NCBI GenBank assembly: GCA_027923505.1
Contig: BROI01000023.1
Coordinates: 372,001 to 436,000 of the forward strand
DNA length: 64,000 nt
Origin: Mayamaea pseudoterrestris
Taxonomy: Eukaryota
Direction: 5' to 3'
Shown: positions 36,901 to 51,900 of the stretch, piece by piece
Position numbering within the stretch: the stretch's first letter is position 1
Layout: every line of letters starts with the position of its first letter
Translations under genes and position numbers: made by a program
The notes under the pieces: model-generated
The model's database searches: none
Seen by the model: the letters and a program-made list of their open reading frames with translations, nothing else
What the model was told of the DNA's origin: nothing

Positions 36901-39815
36901 GCACTATACAATATCCATTTGTGACCTTGGATCATGCCCCAAGCCAGTTTACAAAGAGATTGTGGGGGGGTATGATGGTTGCCACTGCTACGGTAGGCAG
37001 TCACATAGTACCTGCTAACTGAAGCTGCTGACCTGAAGGCAAAAGGCAAGCAGGAGGCTGATGCGCAAAACAAATTCACCAAGGAGGTATGTCTTGTGCC
37101 CTCGGATCATGCACAGTGGCTGTACGCATAGAGTGTGTGGGCACTTCATGTTTGCCACTGCTAGGTTGGTGTTCGGCAGTTGGGTAGTACATACCAGCAA
37201 CTTCTGCGGATCTGGAAGCAGGCAACATGCAGGAGGCAAATGCACAAAGTGAAGCAACAATATCCATTTGTGACCTTGGATCATGCCCAGCCAGTTTACA
37301 AAGAGATGTGGGATCTGATGTTTGCCACTGCTAGGGTAGGCAGCACAAGTACCGCTAGCGCTGACCGCAACAACGGCATCCGGATGTCTCCCTCGGAAGT
37401 GGCTTACGAGAGTGTGTGGGCACTTCATGTTTGCCACTGCTAGGGTTGGTTTCGGCAGTTGGGTAGTACATACCAGCAACTTCTGCGGATCTGGAAGCAG
37501 GCAACATGCAGGAGGCAAATGCACAAAGTGAATGCACTATACAATATCCATTTGTGACCTTGGATCATGCCCCAAGCCAGTTTACAAAGAGATTGTGGGG
37601 ATCTGATGTTTGCCACTGCTAGGGTAGGCAGTCACATAGTACCTGCTAACTGAAGCTGCTGACCTGAAGGCAAAAGGCAAGCAGGAGCGAGCATGCAAAA
37701 CAAATTCACCAAGGAGGTATGTCTTGTGCCCTCGGATCATGCACAGTGGCTGTACGCATAGAGTGTGTGGGCACTTCATGTTTGCCACTGCTAGGTTGGT
37801 GTTCGGCAGTTGGGTAGTACATACCAGCAACTTCTGCGGATCTGGAAGCAGGCAACATGCAGGAGGCAAATGCACAAAGTGAATGCACTATACAATATCC
37901 ATTTGTGACCTTGGATCATGCCCCAAGCCAGTTTACAAAGAGATTGTGGGGATCTGATGTTTGCCACTGCTAGGGTAGGCAGTCACATAGTACCTGCTAA
38001 CTGAAGCTGCTGACCTGAAGGCAAAAGGCAAGCAGGAGGCTGATGCGCAAAACAAATTCACCAAGGAGGTATGTCTTGTGCCCTCGGATCATGCACAGTG
38101 GCTGTACGCATAGAGTGTGTGGGCACTTCATGTTTGCCACTGCTAGGTTGGTGTTCGGCAGTTGGGTAGTACATACCAGCAACTTCTGCGGATCTGGAAG
38201 CAGGCAACATGCAGGAGGCAAATGCAATAGTGAATGCACTATACAATATCCAATTGTTACCTTGGATTATGCCCCAAGCCAGTTTACAAAGAGATTGTGG
38301 GGATCTGATGTTTGCCACTGCTAGGGTAGGCAGTCACATAGTACCTGCTAACTGAAGCTGCTGACCTGAAGGCAAAAGGCAAGCAGGAGGCTGATGCGCA
38401 AAACAAATTCACCAAGGAGGTATGTCTTGTGCCCTCGGATCATGCACAGTGGCTGTACGCATAGAGTGTGTGGGCACTTCATGTTTGCCACTGCTAGGTT
38501 GGTGTTCGGCAGTTGGGTAGTACATACCAGCAACTTCTGCGGATCTGGAAGCAGGCAACATGCAGGAGGCAAATGCACAAAGTGAATGCACTATACAATA
38601 TCCATTTGTGACCTTGGATCATGCCCCAAGCCAGTTTACAAAGAGATTGGGGGGATCTGATGTTTGCCACTGCTAGGGTAGGCAGTCACATAGTACCTGC
38701 TAACTGAAGCTGCTGACCTGAAGGCAAAAGTGACCTGAAGGCAAAAGGCAAGCAGGAGCGAGCGTGCAAAACAAATTCACCAAGGAGGTATGTCTTGTGC
38801 CCTCGGATCATGCACAGTGGCTGTACGCATAGAGTGTGTGGGCACTTCATGTTTGCCACTGCTAGGTTGGTGTTCGGCAGTTGGGTAGTACATACCAGCA
38901 ACTTCTGCGGATCTGGAAGCAGGCAACATGCAGGAGGCAAATGCACAAAGTGAATGCACTATACAATATCCATTTGTGACCTTGGATCATGCCCCAAGCC
39001 AGTTTACAAAGAGATTGTGGGGATCTGATGTTTGCCACTGCTAGGGTAGGCAGTCACATAGTACCTGCTAACTGAAGCTGCTGACCTGAAGGCAAAAGGC
39101 AAGCAGGAGGCTGATGCGCAAAACAAATTCACCAAGGAGGTATGTCTTGTGCCCTCGGATCATGCACAGTGGCTGTACGCATAGAGTGTGTGGGCACTTC
39201 ATGTTTGCCACTGCTAGGTTGGTGTTCGGCAGTTGGGTAGTACATACCAGCAACTTCTGCGGATCTGGAAGCAGGCAACATGCAGGAGGCAAATGCAATA
39301 GTGAATGCACTATACAATATCCAATTGTTACCTTGGATTATGCCCCAAGCCAGTTTACAAAGAGATTGTGGGGATCTGATGTTTGCCACTGCTAGGGTAG
39401 GCAGTCACATAGTACCTGCTAACTGAAGCTGCTGACCTGAAGGCAAAAGGCAAGCAGGAGGCTGATGCGCAAAACAAATTCACCAAGGAGGTATGTCTTG
39501 TGCCCTCGGATCATGCACAGTGGCTGTACGCATAGAGTGTGTGGGCACTTCATGTTTGCCACTGCTAGGTTGGTGTTCGGCAGTTGGGTAGTACATACCA
39601 GCAACTTCTGCGGATCTGGAAGCAGGCAACATGCAGGAGGCAAATGCACAAAGTGAATGCACTATACAATATCCATTTGTGACCTTGGATCATGCCCCAA
39701 GCCAGTTTACAAAGAGATTGGGGGGATCTGATGTTTGCCACTGCTAGGGTAGGCAGTCACATAGTACCTGCTAACTGAAGCTGCTGACCTGAAGGCAAAA
39801 GGCAAGCAGGAGGCA
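30928..39815. repeat. Satellite B: 352-bp unit (dimer of 173+179-bp halves), ~25 copies
   Basis: Identical short ORFs recur every 352 bp (e.g. 34947, 35299, 35651, 36003, 36355, 36707). ATGTTTGCCACTGCTAGG occurs twice per unit (31062, 31235, 31414). Confidence 0.96.
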
Positions 39816-39949
39816 AAACAAATCTGCCCTGATACAGGGTATGCCAATGCACAGTGGCTGTCGCATAGAGTGTGTGGGCACATGTACAACCAGGACTGCT
39901 GAGGTACCATGGGTACGGGCCCCATGCATGGTAACAACATCCAAGTGGG

Positions 39950-42900
39950 TATGCCATTGACAGGTGCAGAGTCTCAATGGTGCAAAAGGACTGCTCTGGA
40001 GCGCTGACACCATGGGCACGGCCTCACGTGTGGGTATGGCCAACACCACAAGTTGTAGATTCTGACCTGTCAAACCCCCATGCCCTGGCCACCCAAACCA
40101 ATGAGTCAGGCAAACATGTCCAGGGTGGATCCATTGACAGTGCAGAGTCTCAAATGGTGCAAAAGGACTCCTGCGAGGCTGACACGGCATGGGGACGGTG
40201 GGTATGGCCAACACCACAAGTTGTCGATTCTGACCTGTCAAACGCCCCATGCCCTGGCCACCCAAATACCCAATGAGTCAGGCCAAACATGTCCAGGGTA
40301 TGCCATTGACAGGTGCAGAGTGCAAAAAGGACTGCCTGGAGGCTGACACCATGGGTACGGCCTCCACGGTGGGTATGGCCAACACCACAAGTTGCAGATT
40401 CTTCCCTGTCAAACGCCCCATGCCCTGGCCACCCAAATACCCAATGAGTCAGGCCAAACATGTCCAGGGTATGCCATTGACAGGTGCAGAGTCTCAAATG
40501 GTGCAAAAAGGACTGCCTGGAGGCTGACACCATCTGGTACGGCCTCCACGTGGGTAGTGGCCAACACCACAGGTTGTATTCTGACCTGTCAAACGCCCCA
40601 TGCCCTGGCCACCCAACTACCCAATGAGTCAGGCCAAACATGTCCAGGGTATGCCATTGACAGGTGCAGAGTCTCAAATGGTGCAAAAATGACTGCCTGG
40701 AGGCTGACACCATGGGTACGGCCTCCACGGTGGGTATGGCCAACACCACAAGTTGTCGATTCTGACCTGTCAAATGCCCCATGCCCTGGCCACCCAAATA
40801 CCCAATGAGTCAGGCAAAACATGTCCAGGGTATGCCATTGACAGGTGCAGAGTCTCAAATGGTGCAAAAAGGACTGCCTGGAGGCTGACACACACGGCCT
40901 CCACTGTGGGTATGGCCAACACCACAAGTTGCATAGATTCTGACCTGTCAAACCCCCCATGCCCTGGCCACCCAAATACCCAATGAGTCAGGCAAAACAT
41001 GTCCAGGGTATGCCATTGACAGGTGCAGAGTCTCAAATGGTGCAAAAAGGACTGCCTGGAGGCTGACACCAAGTGTACGGCCTCCACAGTGGGTATGGCC
41101 AACACCACAAGTTGTAGATTCTTCCCTGTCAAACGCCCATGCCCTATGCCCTGGCCACCCAAATACCCAATGAGTCAGGCAAAACATGTCCAGGGTATGC
41201 CATTGACAGGTGCATAGTCTCAAATGGTGCAAAAGGACTGCCTGGAGGCTGACACCATGGGTACGGCCTCCACTGTGGGTATGGCCAACACCACAAGTTG
41301 CAGATTCTTCCCTGTCAAACGCCCCATGCCCTGGCCACCCAAATACCCAATGAGTCAGGCAAAACATGTCCAGGGTATGCCATTGACAGGTGCAGAGTCT
41401 CAAATGGTGCAAAAAGGACTGCCTGGAGGCTGACAACATGGGTACGGCCTCCACTGTGGGTATGGCCAACACCACAAGTTGCAGATTCTTCCTGTCAAAC
41501 GCCCCATGCCCTGGCCACCCAAATACCCAATGAGTCAGGCAAAACATGTCCAGGGTATGCCATTGACAGGTGCAGAGTCTCAAATGGTGCAAAAGGACTG
41601 CCTGGAGGCTGACAACATGGGTACGGCCTCCACTGTGGGTATGGCCAACACCACAAGTTGCAGATTCTTACCTGTCAAACGCCCCATGCCCTGGCCACCC
41701 AAATACCCAATGAGTCAGGCAAAACATGTCCAGGGGATGCCATTGACAGGTGCAGAGTCTCAAATGGTGCAAAAAGGACTGCCTGGAGGCTGACAACATG
41801 GGTACGGCCTCCACTGTGGGTATGGCCAACACCACAAGTTGCAGATTCTTCCCTGTCAAACGCCCCATGCCCTGGCCACCCAAATACCCAATAAGTCAGG
41901 CAAAACATGTCCAGGGTATGCCATTGACAGGTGCATAGTCTCAAATGGTGCAAAAGGACTGCCTGGAGGCTGACAACATGGGTACGGCCTCCACTGTGGG
42001 TATGGCCAACACCACAAGTTGCAGATTCTTCCCTGTCAAACGCCCCATGCCCTGGCCACCCAAATACCCAATGAGTCAGGCAAAACATGTCCAGGGTATG
42101 CCATTGACAGGTGCAGAGTCTCAAATGGTGCAAAAAGGACTGCCTGGAGGCTGACACCATGGGTACGGCCTCCACTGTGGGTATGGCCAACACCACAAGT
42201 TGCAGATTCTTCCCTGTCAAACGCCCCATGCCCTGGCCACCCAAATACCCAATGAGTCAGGCAAAACATGTCCAGGGTAGGCCATTGACAGGTGCATAGT
42301 CTCAAATGGTGCAAAAAGGACTGCCTGGAGGCTGACACCATGGGTACGGCCTCCACTGTGGGTATGGCCAACACCACAAGTTGCAGATTCTTCCCTGTCA
42401 AACGCCCCATGCCCTGGCCACCCAAATACCCAATGAGTCAGGCAAAACATGTCCAGGGTATGCCATTGACAGGTGCAGAGTCTCAAATGGTGCAAAAAGG
42501 ACTGCCTGGAGGCTGAGAACATGGGTACGGCCTCCACTGTGGGTATGGCCAACACCACAAGTTGCAGATTCTTCCCTGTCAAACGCCCCATGCCCTGGCC
42601 ACCCAAATACCCAATGAGTCAGGCAAAACATGTCCAGGGTATGCCATTGACAGGTGCAGAGTCTCAAATGGTGCAAAAAGGACTGCCTGGAGGCTGAAAA
42701 CATGGGTACGGCCTCCACTGTGGGTATGGCCAACACCACAAGTTGCAGATTCTTCCCTGTCAAACGCCCCATGCCCTGGCCACCCAAATACCCAATGAGT
42801 CAGGCAAAACATGTCCAGGGTATGCCATTGACAGGTGCATAGTCTCAAATGGTGCAAAAGGACTGCCTGGAGGCTGACAACATGGGTACGGCCTCCACTG

Positions 42901-45900
42901 TGGGTATGGCCAACACCACAAGTTGCAGATTCATCCCTGTCAAACGCCCCATGCCCTGGCCACCCAAATACCCAATATGGTGCAAAAGGACTGCCTGGAG
43001 GCTGACAACATGGGTACGGCCTCCACTGTGGGTATGGCCAACACCACAAGTTGCAGATTCATCCCTGTCAAACGCCCCATGCCCTGGCCACCCAAATACC
43101 CAATGAGTCAGGCAAAACATGTCCAGGGTATGCCATTGACAGGTGCATAGTCTCAAATGGTGCAAAAGGACTGCCTGGAGGCTGACACCATGGGTACGGC
43201 CTCCACTGTGGGTATGGCCAACACCACAAGTTGCAGATTCTTTTCTGTCAAACGCCCCATGCCCTGGCCACCCAAATACCCAATGAGTCAGGCAAAACAT
43301 GTCCAGGGTATGCCATTGACAGGTGCATAGTCTCAAATGGTGCAAAAAGGACTGCCTGGAGGCTGACAACATGGGTACGGCCTCCACTGTGGGTATGGCC
43401 AACACCACAAGTTGCAGATTCTTCCCTGTCAAACGCCCCATGCCCTGGCCACCCAAATACCCAACGAGTGCAGAGTTCACCCAAATACCAATGAGTCAGG
43501 CAAAACATGTCCAGGGTATGCCATTGACAGGTGCAGAGTCTCAAATGGTGCAAAAAGGACTGCCTGGAGGCTGAAAACATGGGTACGGCCTCCACTGTGG
43601 GTATGGCCAACACCACAAGTTGCAGATTCTTCCCTGTCAAACGCCCCATGCCCTGGCCACCCAAATACCCAATGAGTCAGGCAAAACATGTCCAGGGTAT
43701 GCCATTGACAGGTGCAGAGTCTCAAATGGTGCAAAAAGGACTGCCTGGAGGCTGAAACCATGGGTACGGCCTCCACTGTGGGTATGGCCAACACCACAAG
43801 TTGCAGATTCTTCCCTGTCAAACGCCCCATGCCCTGGCCACCCAAATACCCAATGAGTCAGGCAAAACATGTCCAGGGTATGCCATTGACAGGTGCATAG
43901 TCTCAAATGGTGCAAAAGGACTGCCTGGAGGCTGACACCATGGGTACGGCCTCCACTGTGGGTATGGCCAACACCACAAGTTGCAGATTCTTCCCTGTCA
44001 AACGCCCCATGCCCTGGCCACCCAAATACCCAATGAGTCAGGCAAAACATGTCCAGGGTATGCCATTGACAGGTGCATAGTCTCAAATGGTGCAAAAAGG
44101 ACTGCCTGGAGGCTGACAACATGGGTACGGCCTCCACTGTGGGTATGGCCAACACCACAAGTTGCAGATTCTTCCCTGTCAAACGCCCCATGCCCTGGCC
44201 ACCCAAATACCCAATGAGTCAGGCAAAACATGTCCAGGGGATGCCATTGACAGGTGCAGAGTCTCAAATGGTGCAAAAAGGACTGCCTGGAGGCTGACAA
44301 CATGGGTACGGCCTCCACTGTGGGTATGGCCAACACCACAAGTTGCAGATTCTTCCCTGTCAAACGCCCCATGCCCTGGCCACCCAAATACCCAATGAGT
44401 CAGGCAAAACATGTCCAGGGGATGCCATTGACAGGTGCATAGTCTCAAATGGTGCAAAAAGGACTGCCTGGAGGCTGACACCATGGGTACGGCCTCCACT
44501 GTGGGTATGGCCAACACCACAAGTTGCAGATTCTTCCCTGTCAAACGCCCCATGCCCTGGCCACCCAAATACCCAATGATTCAGGCAAAACATGTCCAGG
44601 GTATGCCATTGACAGGTGCATAGTCTCAAATGGTGCAAAAAGGACTGCCTGGAGGCTGACAACATGGGTACGGCCTCCACTGTGGGTATGGCCAACACCA
44701 CAAGTTGCAGATTCTTCCCTGTCAAACGCCCCATGCCCTGGCCACCCAAATACCCAATGAGTCAGGCAAAACATGTCCAGGGGATGCCATTGACAGGTGC
44801 AGAGTCTCAAATGGTGCAAAAGGACTGCCTGGAGGCTGACAACATGGGTACGGCCTCCACTGTGGGTATGGCCAACACCACAAGTTGCAGATTCTTCCCT
44901 GTCAAACGCCCCATGCCCTGGCCACCCAAATACCCAATGAGTCAGGCAAAACATGTCCAGGGTATGCCATTGACAGGTGCATAGTCTCAAATGGTGCAAA
45001 AAGGACTGCCTGGAGGCTGACAACATGGGTACGGCCTCCACTGTGGGTATGGCCAACACCACAAGTTGCAGATTCTTCCCTGTCAAACGCCCCATGCCCT
45101 GGCCACCCAAATACCCAATGAGTCAGGCAAAACATGTCCAGGGTATGCCATTGACAGGTGCAGAGTCTCAAATGGTGCAAAAGGACTGCCTGGAGGCTGA
45201 CAACATGGGTACGGCCTCCACTGTGGGTATGGCCAACACCACAAGTTGCAGATTCTTCCCTGTCAAACGCCCCATGCCCTGGCCACCCAAATACCCAATG
45301 AGTCAGGCAAAACATGTCCAGGGGATGCCATTGACAGGTGCAGAGTCTCAAATGGTGCAAAAAGGACTGCCTGGAGGCTGACAACATGGGTACGGCCTCC
45401 ACTGTGGGTATGGCCAACACCACAAGTTGCAGATTCTTCCCTGTCAAACGCCCCATGCCCTGGCCACCCAAATACCCAATGAGTCAGGCAAAACATGTCC
45501 AGGGTATGCCATTGACAGGTGCATAGTCTCAAATGGTGCAAAAAGGACTGCCTGGAGGCTGACAACATGGGTACGGCCTCCACTGTGGGTATGGCCAACA
45601 CCACAAGTTGCAGATTCTTCCCTGTCAAACGCCCCATGCCCTGGCCACCCAAATACCCAATGAGTCAGGCAAAACATGTCCAGGGTATGCCATTGACAGG
45701 TGCAGAGTCTCAAATGGTGCAAAAGGACTGCCTGGAGGCTGACAACATGGGTACGGCCTCCACTGTGGGTATGGCCAACACCACAAGTTGCAGATTCATC
45801 CCTGTCAAACGCCCCATGCCCTGGCCACCCAGATACCCAATGAGTCAGGCAAAACATGTCCAGGGTATGCCATTGACAGGTGCAGAGTCTCAAATGGTGC

Positions 45901-48900
45901 AAAAAGGACTGCCTGGAGGCTGACAACATGGGTACGGCCTCCACTGTGGGTATGGCCAACACCACAAGTTGCAGATTCTTCCCTGTCAAACGCCCCATGC
46001 CCTGGCCACCCAAATACCCAATGAGTCAGGCAAAACATGTCCAGGGTATGCCATTGACAGGTGCAGAGTCTCAAATGGTGCAAAAAGGACTGCCTGGAGG
46101 CTGACAACATGGGTACGGCCTCCACTGTGGGTATGGCCAACACCACAAGTTGCAGATTCTTCCCTGTCAAACGCCCCATGCCCTGGCCACCCAAATACCC
46201 AATGAGTCAGGCAAAACATGTCCAGGGTATGCCATTGACAGGTGCATAGTCTCAAATGGTGCAAAAGGACTGCCTGGAGGCTGACAACATGGGTACGGCC
46301 TCCACTGTGGGTATGGCCAACACCACAAGTTGCAGATTCTTCCCTGTCAAACGCCCCATGCCCTGGCCACCCAAATACCCAATGAGTCAGGCAAAACATG
46401 TCCAGGGTAGCTTGACAGTGAGCTCAAATGGTGGCCCCCCAGCCACCCAAACCCAATGACATTGAAAAAAAGACTAGGTGACACATGGTACGGCCTCCAC
46501 TGTGGGTATGGCCAACACCACAAGTTGCAGATTCTTCCCTGTCAAACGCCCCATGCCCTGGCCACCCAAATACCCAATGAGTCAGGCAAAACATGTCCAG
46601 GGTATGCCATTGACAGGTGCATAGTCTCAAATGGTGCAAAAAGGACTGCCTGGAGGCTGACACCATGGGTACGGCCTCCACTGTGGGTATGGCCAACACC
46701 ACAAGTTGCAGATTCTTCCCTGTCAAACGCCCCATGCCCTGGCCACCCAAATACCCAATGAGTCAGGCAAAACATGTCCAGGGTATGCCATTGACAGGTG
46801 CATAGTCTCAAATGGTGCAAAAAGGACTGCCTGGAGGCTGACAACATGGGTACGGCCTCCACTGTGGGTATGGCCAACACCACAAGTTGCAGATTCATCC
46901 CTGTCAAACGCCCCATGCCCTGGCCACCCAAATACCCAATGAGTCAGGCAAAACATGTCCAGGGTATGCCATTGACAGGTGCATAGTCTCAAATGGTGCA
47001 AAAAGGACTGCCTGGAGGCTGACAACATGGGTACGGCCTCCACTGTGGGTATGGCCAACACCACAAGTTGCAGATTCTTCCCTGTCAAACGCCCCATGCC
47101 CTGGCCACCCAAATACCCAATGAGTCAGGCAAAACATGTCCAGGGTATGCCATTGACAGGTGCATAGTCTCAAATGGTGCAAAAGGACTGCCTGGAGGCT
47201 GACACCATGGGTACGGCCTCCACTGTGGGTATGGCCAACACCACAAGTTGCAGATTCTTCCCTGTCAAACGCCCCATGCCCTGGCCACCCAAATACCCAA
47301 TGAGTCAGGCAAAACATGTCCAGGGGAGGCCATTGACAGGTGCATAGTCTCAAATGGTGCAAAAAGGACTGCCTGGAGGCTGACAACATGGGTACGGCCT
47401 CCACTGTGGGTATGGCCAACACCACAAGTTGCAGATTCTTCCCTGTCAAACGCCCCATGCCCTGGCCACCCAAATACCCAATGAGTCAGGCAAAACATGT
47501 CCAGGGGATGCCATTGACAGGTGCAGAGTCTCAAATGGTGCAAAAAGGACTGCCTGGAGGCTGAAAACATGGGTACGGCCTCCACTGTGGGTATGGCCAA
47601 CACCACAAGTTGCAGATTCTTCCCTGTCAAACGCCCCATGCCCTGGCCACCCAAATACCCAATGAGTCAGGCAAAACATGTCCAGGGTATGCCATTGACA
47701 GGTGCAGAGTCTCAAATGGTGCAAAAAGGACTGCCTGGAGGCTGACAGGTACTACGGCCCCACGTGGGTATGGCCACACTACAAGTGGGACAACCCATTC
47801 AAAAGCCCCATGCCCTGGCCACCATACCCAATACAGCAAAACTTTCCAGGGGATGCCATTGACAGGTGCAGAGTCTCAAATGGTGCAAAAAGGACTGCCT
47901 GGAGGCTGACAACATGGGTACGGCCTCCACTGTGGGTATGGCCAACACCACAAGTTACACCACAAGTTGCAGATTCTTCCCTGTCAAACGCCCCATGCCC
48001 TGGCCACCCAAATACCCAATGAGTCAGGCAAAACATGTCCAGGGTATGCCATTGACAGGTGCATAGTCTCAAATGGTGCAAAAAGGACTGCCTGGAGGCT
48101 GACAACATGGGTACGGCCTCCACTGTGGGTATGGCCAACACCACAAGTTGCAGATTCATCCCTGTCAAACGCCCCATGCCCTGGCCTCCCAAATACCCAA
48201 TGAGTCAGGCAAAACATGTCCAGGGGATGCCATTGACAGGTGCAGAGTCTCAAATGGTGCAAAAAGGACTGCCTGGAGGCTGACAACATGGGTACGGCCT
48301 CCACTGTGGGTATGGCCAACACCACAAGTTGCAGATTCTTCCCTGTCAAACGCCCCATGCCCTGGCCACCCAAATACCCAATGAGTCAGGCAAAACATGT
48401 CCAGGGTATGCCATTGACAGGTGCATAGTCTCAAATGGTGCAAAAAGGACTGCCTGGAGGCTGACAACATGGGTACGGCCTCCACTGTGGGTATGGCCAA
48501 CACCACAAGTTGCAGATTCTTCCCTGTCAAACGCCCCATGCCCTGGCCACCCAAATACCCAATGAGTCAGGCAAAACATGTCCAGGGTATGCCATTGACA
48601 GGTGCATAGTCTCAAATGGTGCAAAAAGGACTGCCTGGAGGCTGACACCATGGGTACGGCCTCCACTGTGGGTATGGCCAACACCACAAGTTACAGATTC
48701 TTCCCTGTCAAACGCCCCATGCCCTGGCCACCCAAATACCCAATGAGTCAGGCAAAACATGTCCAGGGTATGCCATTGACAGGTGCAGAGTCTCAAATGG
48801 TGCAAAAGGACTGCCTGGAGGCTGACAACATGGGTACGGCCTCCACTGTGGGTATGGCCAACACCACAAGTTGCAGATTCTTCCCTGTCAAACGCCCCAT

Positions 48901-51900
48901 GCCCTGGCCACCCAAATACCCAATGAGTCAGGCAAAACATGTCCAGGGTAGGCCATTGACAGGTGCATAGTCTCAAATGGTGCAAAAAGGACTGCCTGGA
49001 GGCTGACAACATGGGTACGGCCTCCACTGTGGGTATGGCCAACACCACAAGTTGCAGATTCTTCCCTGTCAAACGCCCCATGCCCTGGCCACCCAAATAC
49101 CCAATGAGTCAGGCAAAACATGTCCAGGGGATGCCATTGACAGGTGCATAGTCTCAAATGGTGCAAAAAGGACTGCCTGGAGGCTGACACCATGGGTACG
49201 GCCTCCACTGTGGGTATGCCAACACCACAAGTTGCAGATTCTTCCCTGTCAAACGCCCCATGCCCTGGCCACCCAAATACCCAATGAGTCAGGCAAAACA
49301 TGTCCAGGGGATGCCATTGACAGGTGCAGAGTCTCAAATGGTGCAAAAAGGACTGCCTGGAGGCTGACAACATGGGTACGGCCTCCACTGTGGGTATGGC
49401 CAACACCACAAATTGCAGATTCATCCCTGTCAAACACCCCATGCCCTGGCCACCCAAATACCCAATGAGTTAGGCAAAACATATCCAGGGTATGCCATTG
49501 ACAGGTGCAGAGTCTCAAATGGTGCAAAAAGGACTGCCTGGAGGCTGACAACATGGGTACGGCCTCCACTGTGGGTATGGCCAACACCACAAGTTGCAGA
49601 TTCTTCCCTGTCAAACGCCCCATGCCCTGGCCACCCAAATACCCAATGAGTCAGGCAAAACATGTCCAGGGTATGCCATTGACAGGTGCATAGTCTCAAA
49701 TGGTGCAAAAAGGACTGCCTGGAGGCTGACACCATGGGTACGGCCTCCACTGTGGGTATGCCAACACCACAAGTTGCAGATTCTTCCCTGTCAAACGCCC
49801 CATGCCCTGGCCACCCAAATACCCAATGAGTCAGGCAAAACATGTCCAGGGTAGGCCATTGACAGGTGCATAGTCTCAAATGGTGCAAAAAGGACTGCCT
49901 GGAGGCTGACAACATGGGTACGGCCTCCACTGTGGGTATGGCCAACACCACAAGTTGCAGATTCTTCCCTGTCAAACGCCCCATGCCCTGGCCACCCAAA
50001 TACCCAATGAGTCAGGCAAAACATGTCCAGGGGATGCCATTGACAGGTGCAGAGTCTCAAATGGTGCAAAAAGGACTGCCTGGAGGCTGACAACATGGGT
50101 ACGGCCTCCACTGTGGGTATGGCCAACACCACAAGTTGCAGATTCTTCCCTGTCAAACGCCCCATGCCCTGGCCACCCAAATACCCAATGAGTCAGGCAA
50201 AACATGTCCAGGGTATGCCATTGACAGGTGCAGAGTCTCAAATGGTGCAAAAAGGACTGCCTGGAGGCTGAAAACATGGGTACTACGGCCTCCACTGTGG
50301 GTATGGCCAACACCACAAGTTGCAGATTCATCCCTGTCAAACGCCCCATGCCCTGGCCACCCAAATACCCAATGAGTCAGGCAAAACATGTCCAGGGGAT
50401 GCCATTGACAGGTGCAGAGTCTCAAATGGTGCAAAAAGGACTGCCTGGAGGCTGACACCATGGGTACGGCCTCCACTGTGGGTATGGCCAACACCACAAG
50501 TTACACCACAAGTTGCAGATTCTTCCCTGTCAAACGCCCCATGCCCTGGCCACCCAAATACCCAATGAGTCAGGCAAAACATGTCCAGGGTATGCCATTG
50601 ACAGGTGCATAGTCTCAAATGGTGCAAAAAGGACTGCCTGGAGGCTGACAACATGGGTACGGCCTCCACTGTGGGTATGGCCAACACCACAAGTTGCAGA
50701 TTCTTCCCTGTCAAACGCCCCATGCCCTGGCCACCCAAATACCCAATGAGTCAGGCAAAACATGTCCAGGGTATGCCATTGACAGGTGCAGAGTCTCAAA
50801 TGGTGCAAAAAGGACTGCCTGGAGGCTGACAACATGGGTACGGCCTCCACTGTGGGTATGGCCAACACCACAAGTTGCAGATTCTTCCCTGTCAAACGCC
50901 CCATGCCCTGGCCACCCAAATACCCAATGAGTCAGGCAAAACATGTCCAGGGGATGCCATTGACAGGTGCATAGTCTCAAATGGTGCAAAAAGGACTGCC
51001 TGGAGGCTGAAAACATGGGTACGGCCTCCACTGTGGGTATGGCCAACACCACAAGTTGCAGATTCTTCCCTGTCAAACGCCCCATGCCCTGGCCACCCAA
51101 ATACCCAATGAGTCAGGCAAAACATGTCCAGGGTATGCCATTGACAGGTGCATAGTCTCAAATGGTGCAAAAAGGACTGCCTGGAGGCTGACACCATGGG
51201 TACGGCCTCCACTGTGGGTATGGCCAACACCACAAGTTACAGATTCTTCCCTGTCAAACGCCCCATGCCCTGGCCACCCAAATACCCAATGAGTCAGGCA
51301 AAACATGTCCAGGGTATGCCATTGACAGGTGCATAGTCTCAAATGGTGCAAAAAGGACTGCCTGGAGGCTGACAACATGGGTACGGCCTCCACTGTGGGT
51401 ATGGCCAACACCACAAGTTGCAGATTCATCCCTGTCAAACGCCCCATGCCCTGGCCACCCAAATACCCAATGAGTCAGGCAAAACATGTCCAGGGGATGC
51501 CATTGACAGGTGCAGAGTCTCAAATGGTGCAAAAGGACTGCCTGGAGGCTGACAACATGGGTACGGCCTCCACTGTGGGTATGGCCAACACCACAAGTTG
51601 CAGATTCTTCCCTGTCAAACGCCCCATGCCCTGGCCACCCAAATACCCAATGAGTCAGGCAAAACATGTCCAGGGGATGCCATTGACAGGTGCATAGTCT
51701 CAAATGGTGCAAAAAGGACTGCCTGGAGGCTGAAAACATGGGTACGGCCTCCACTGTGGGTATGCCAACACCACAAGTTGCAGATTCTTCCCTGTCAAAC
51801 GCCCCATGCCCTGGCCACCCAAATACCCAATGAGTCAGGCAAAACATGTCCAGGGTAGGCCATTGACAGGTGCAGAGTCTCAAATGGTGCAAAAAGGACT

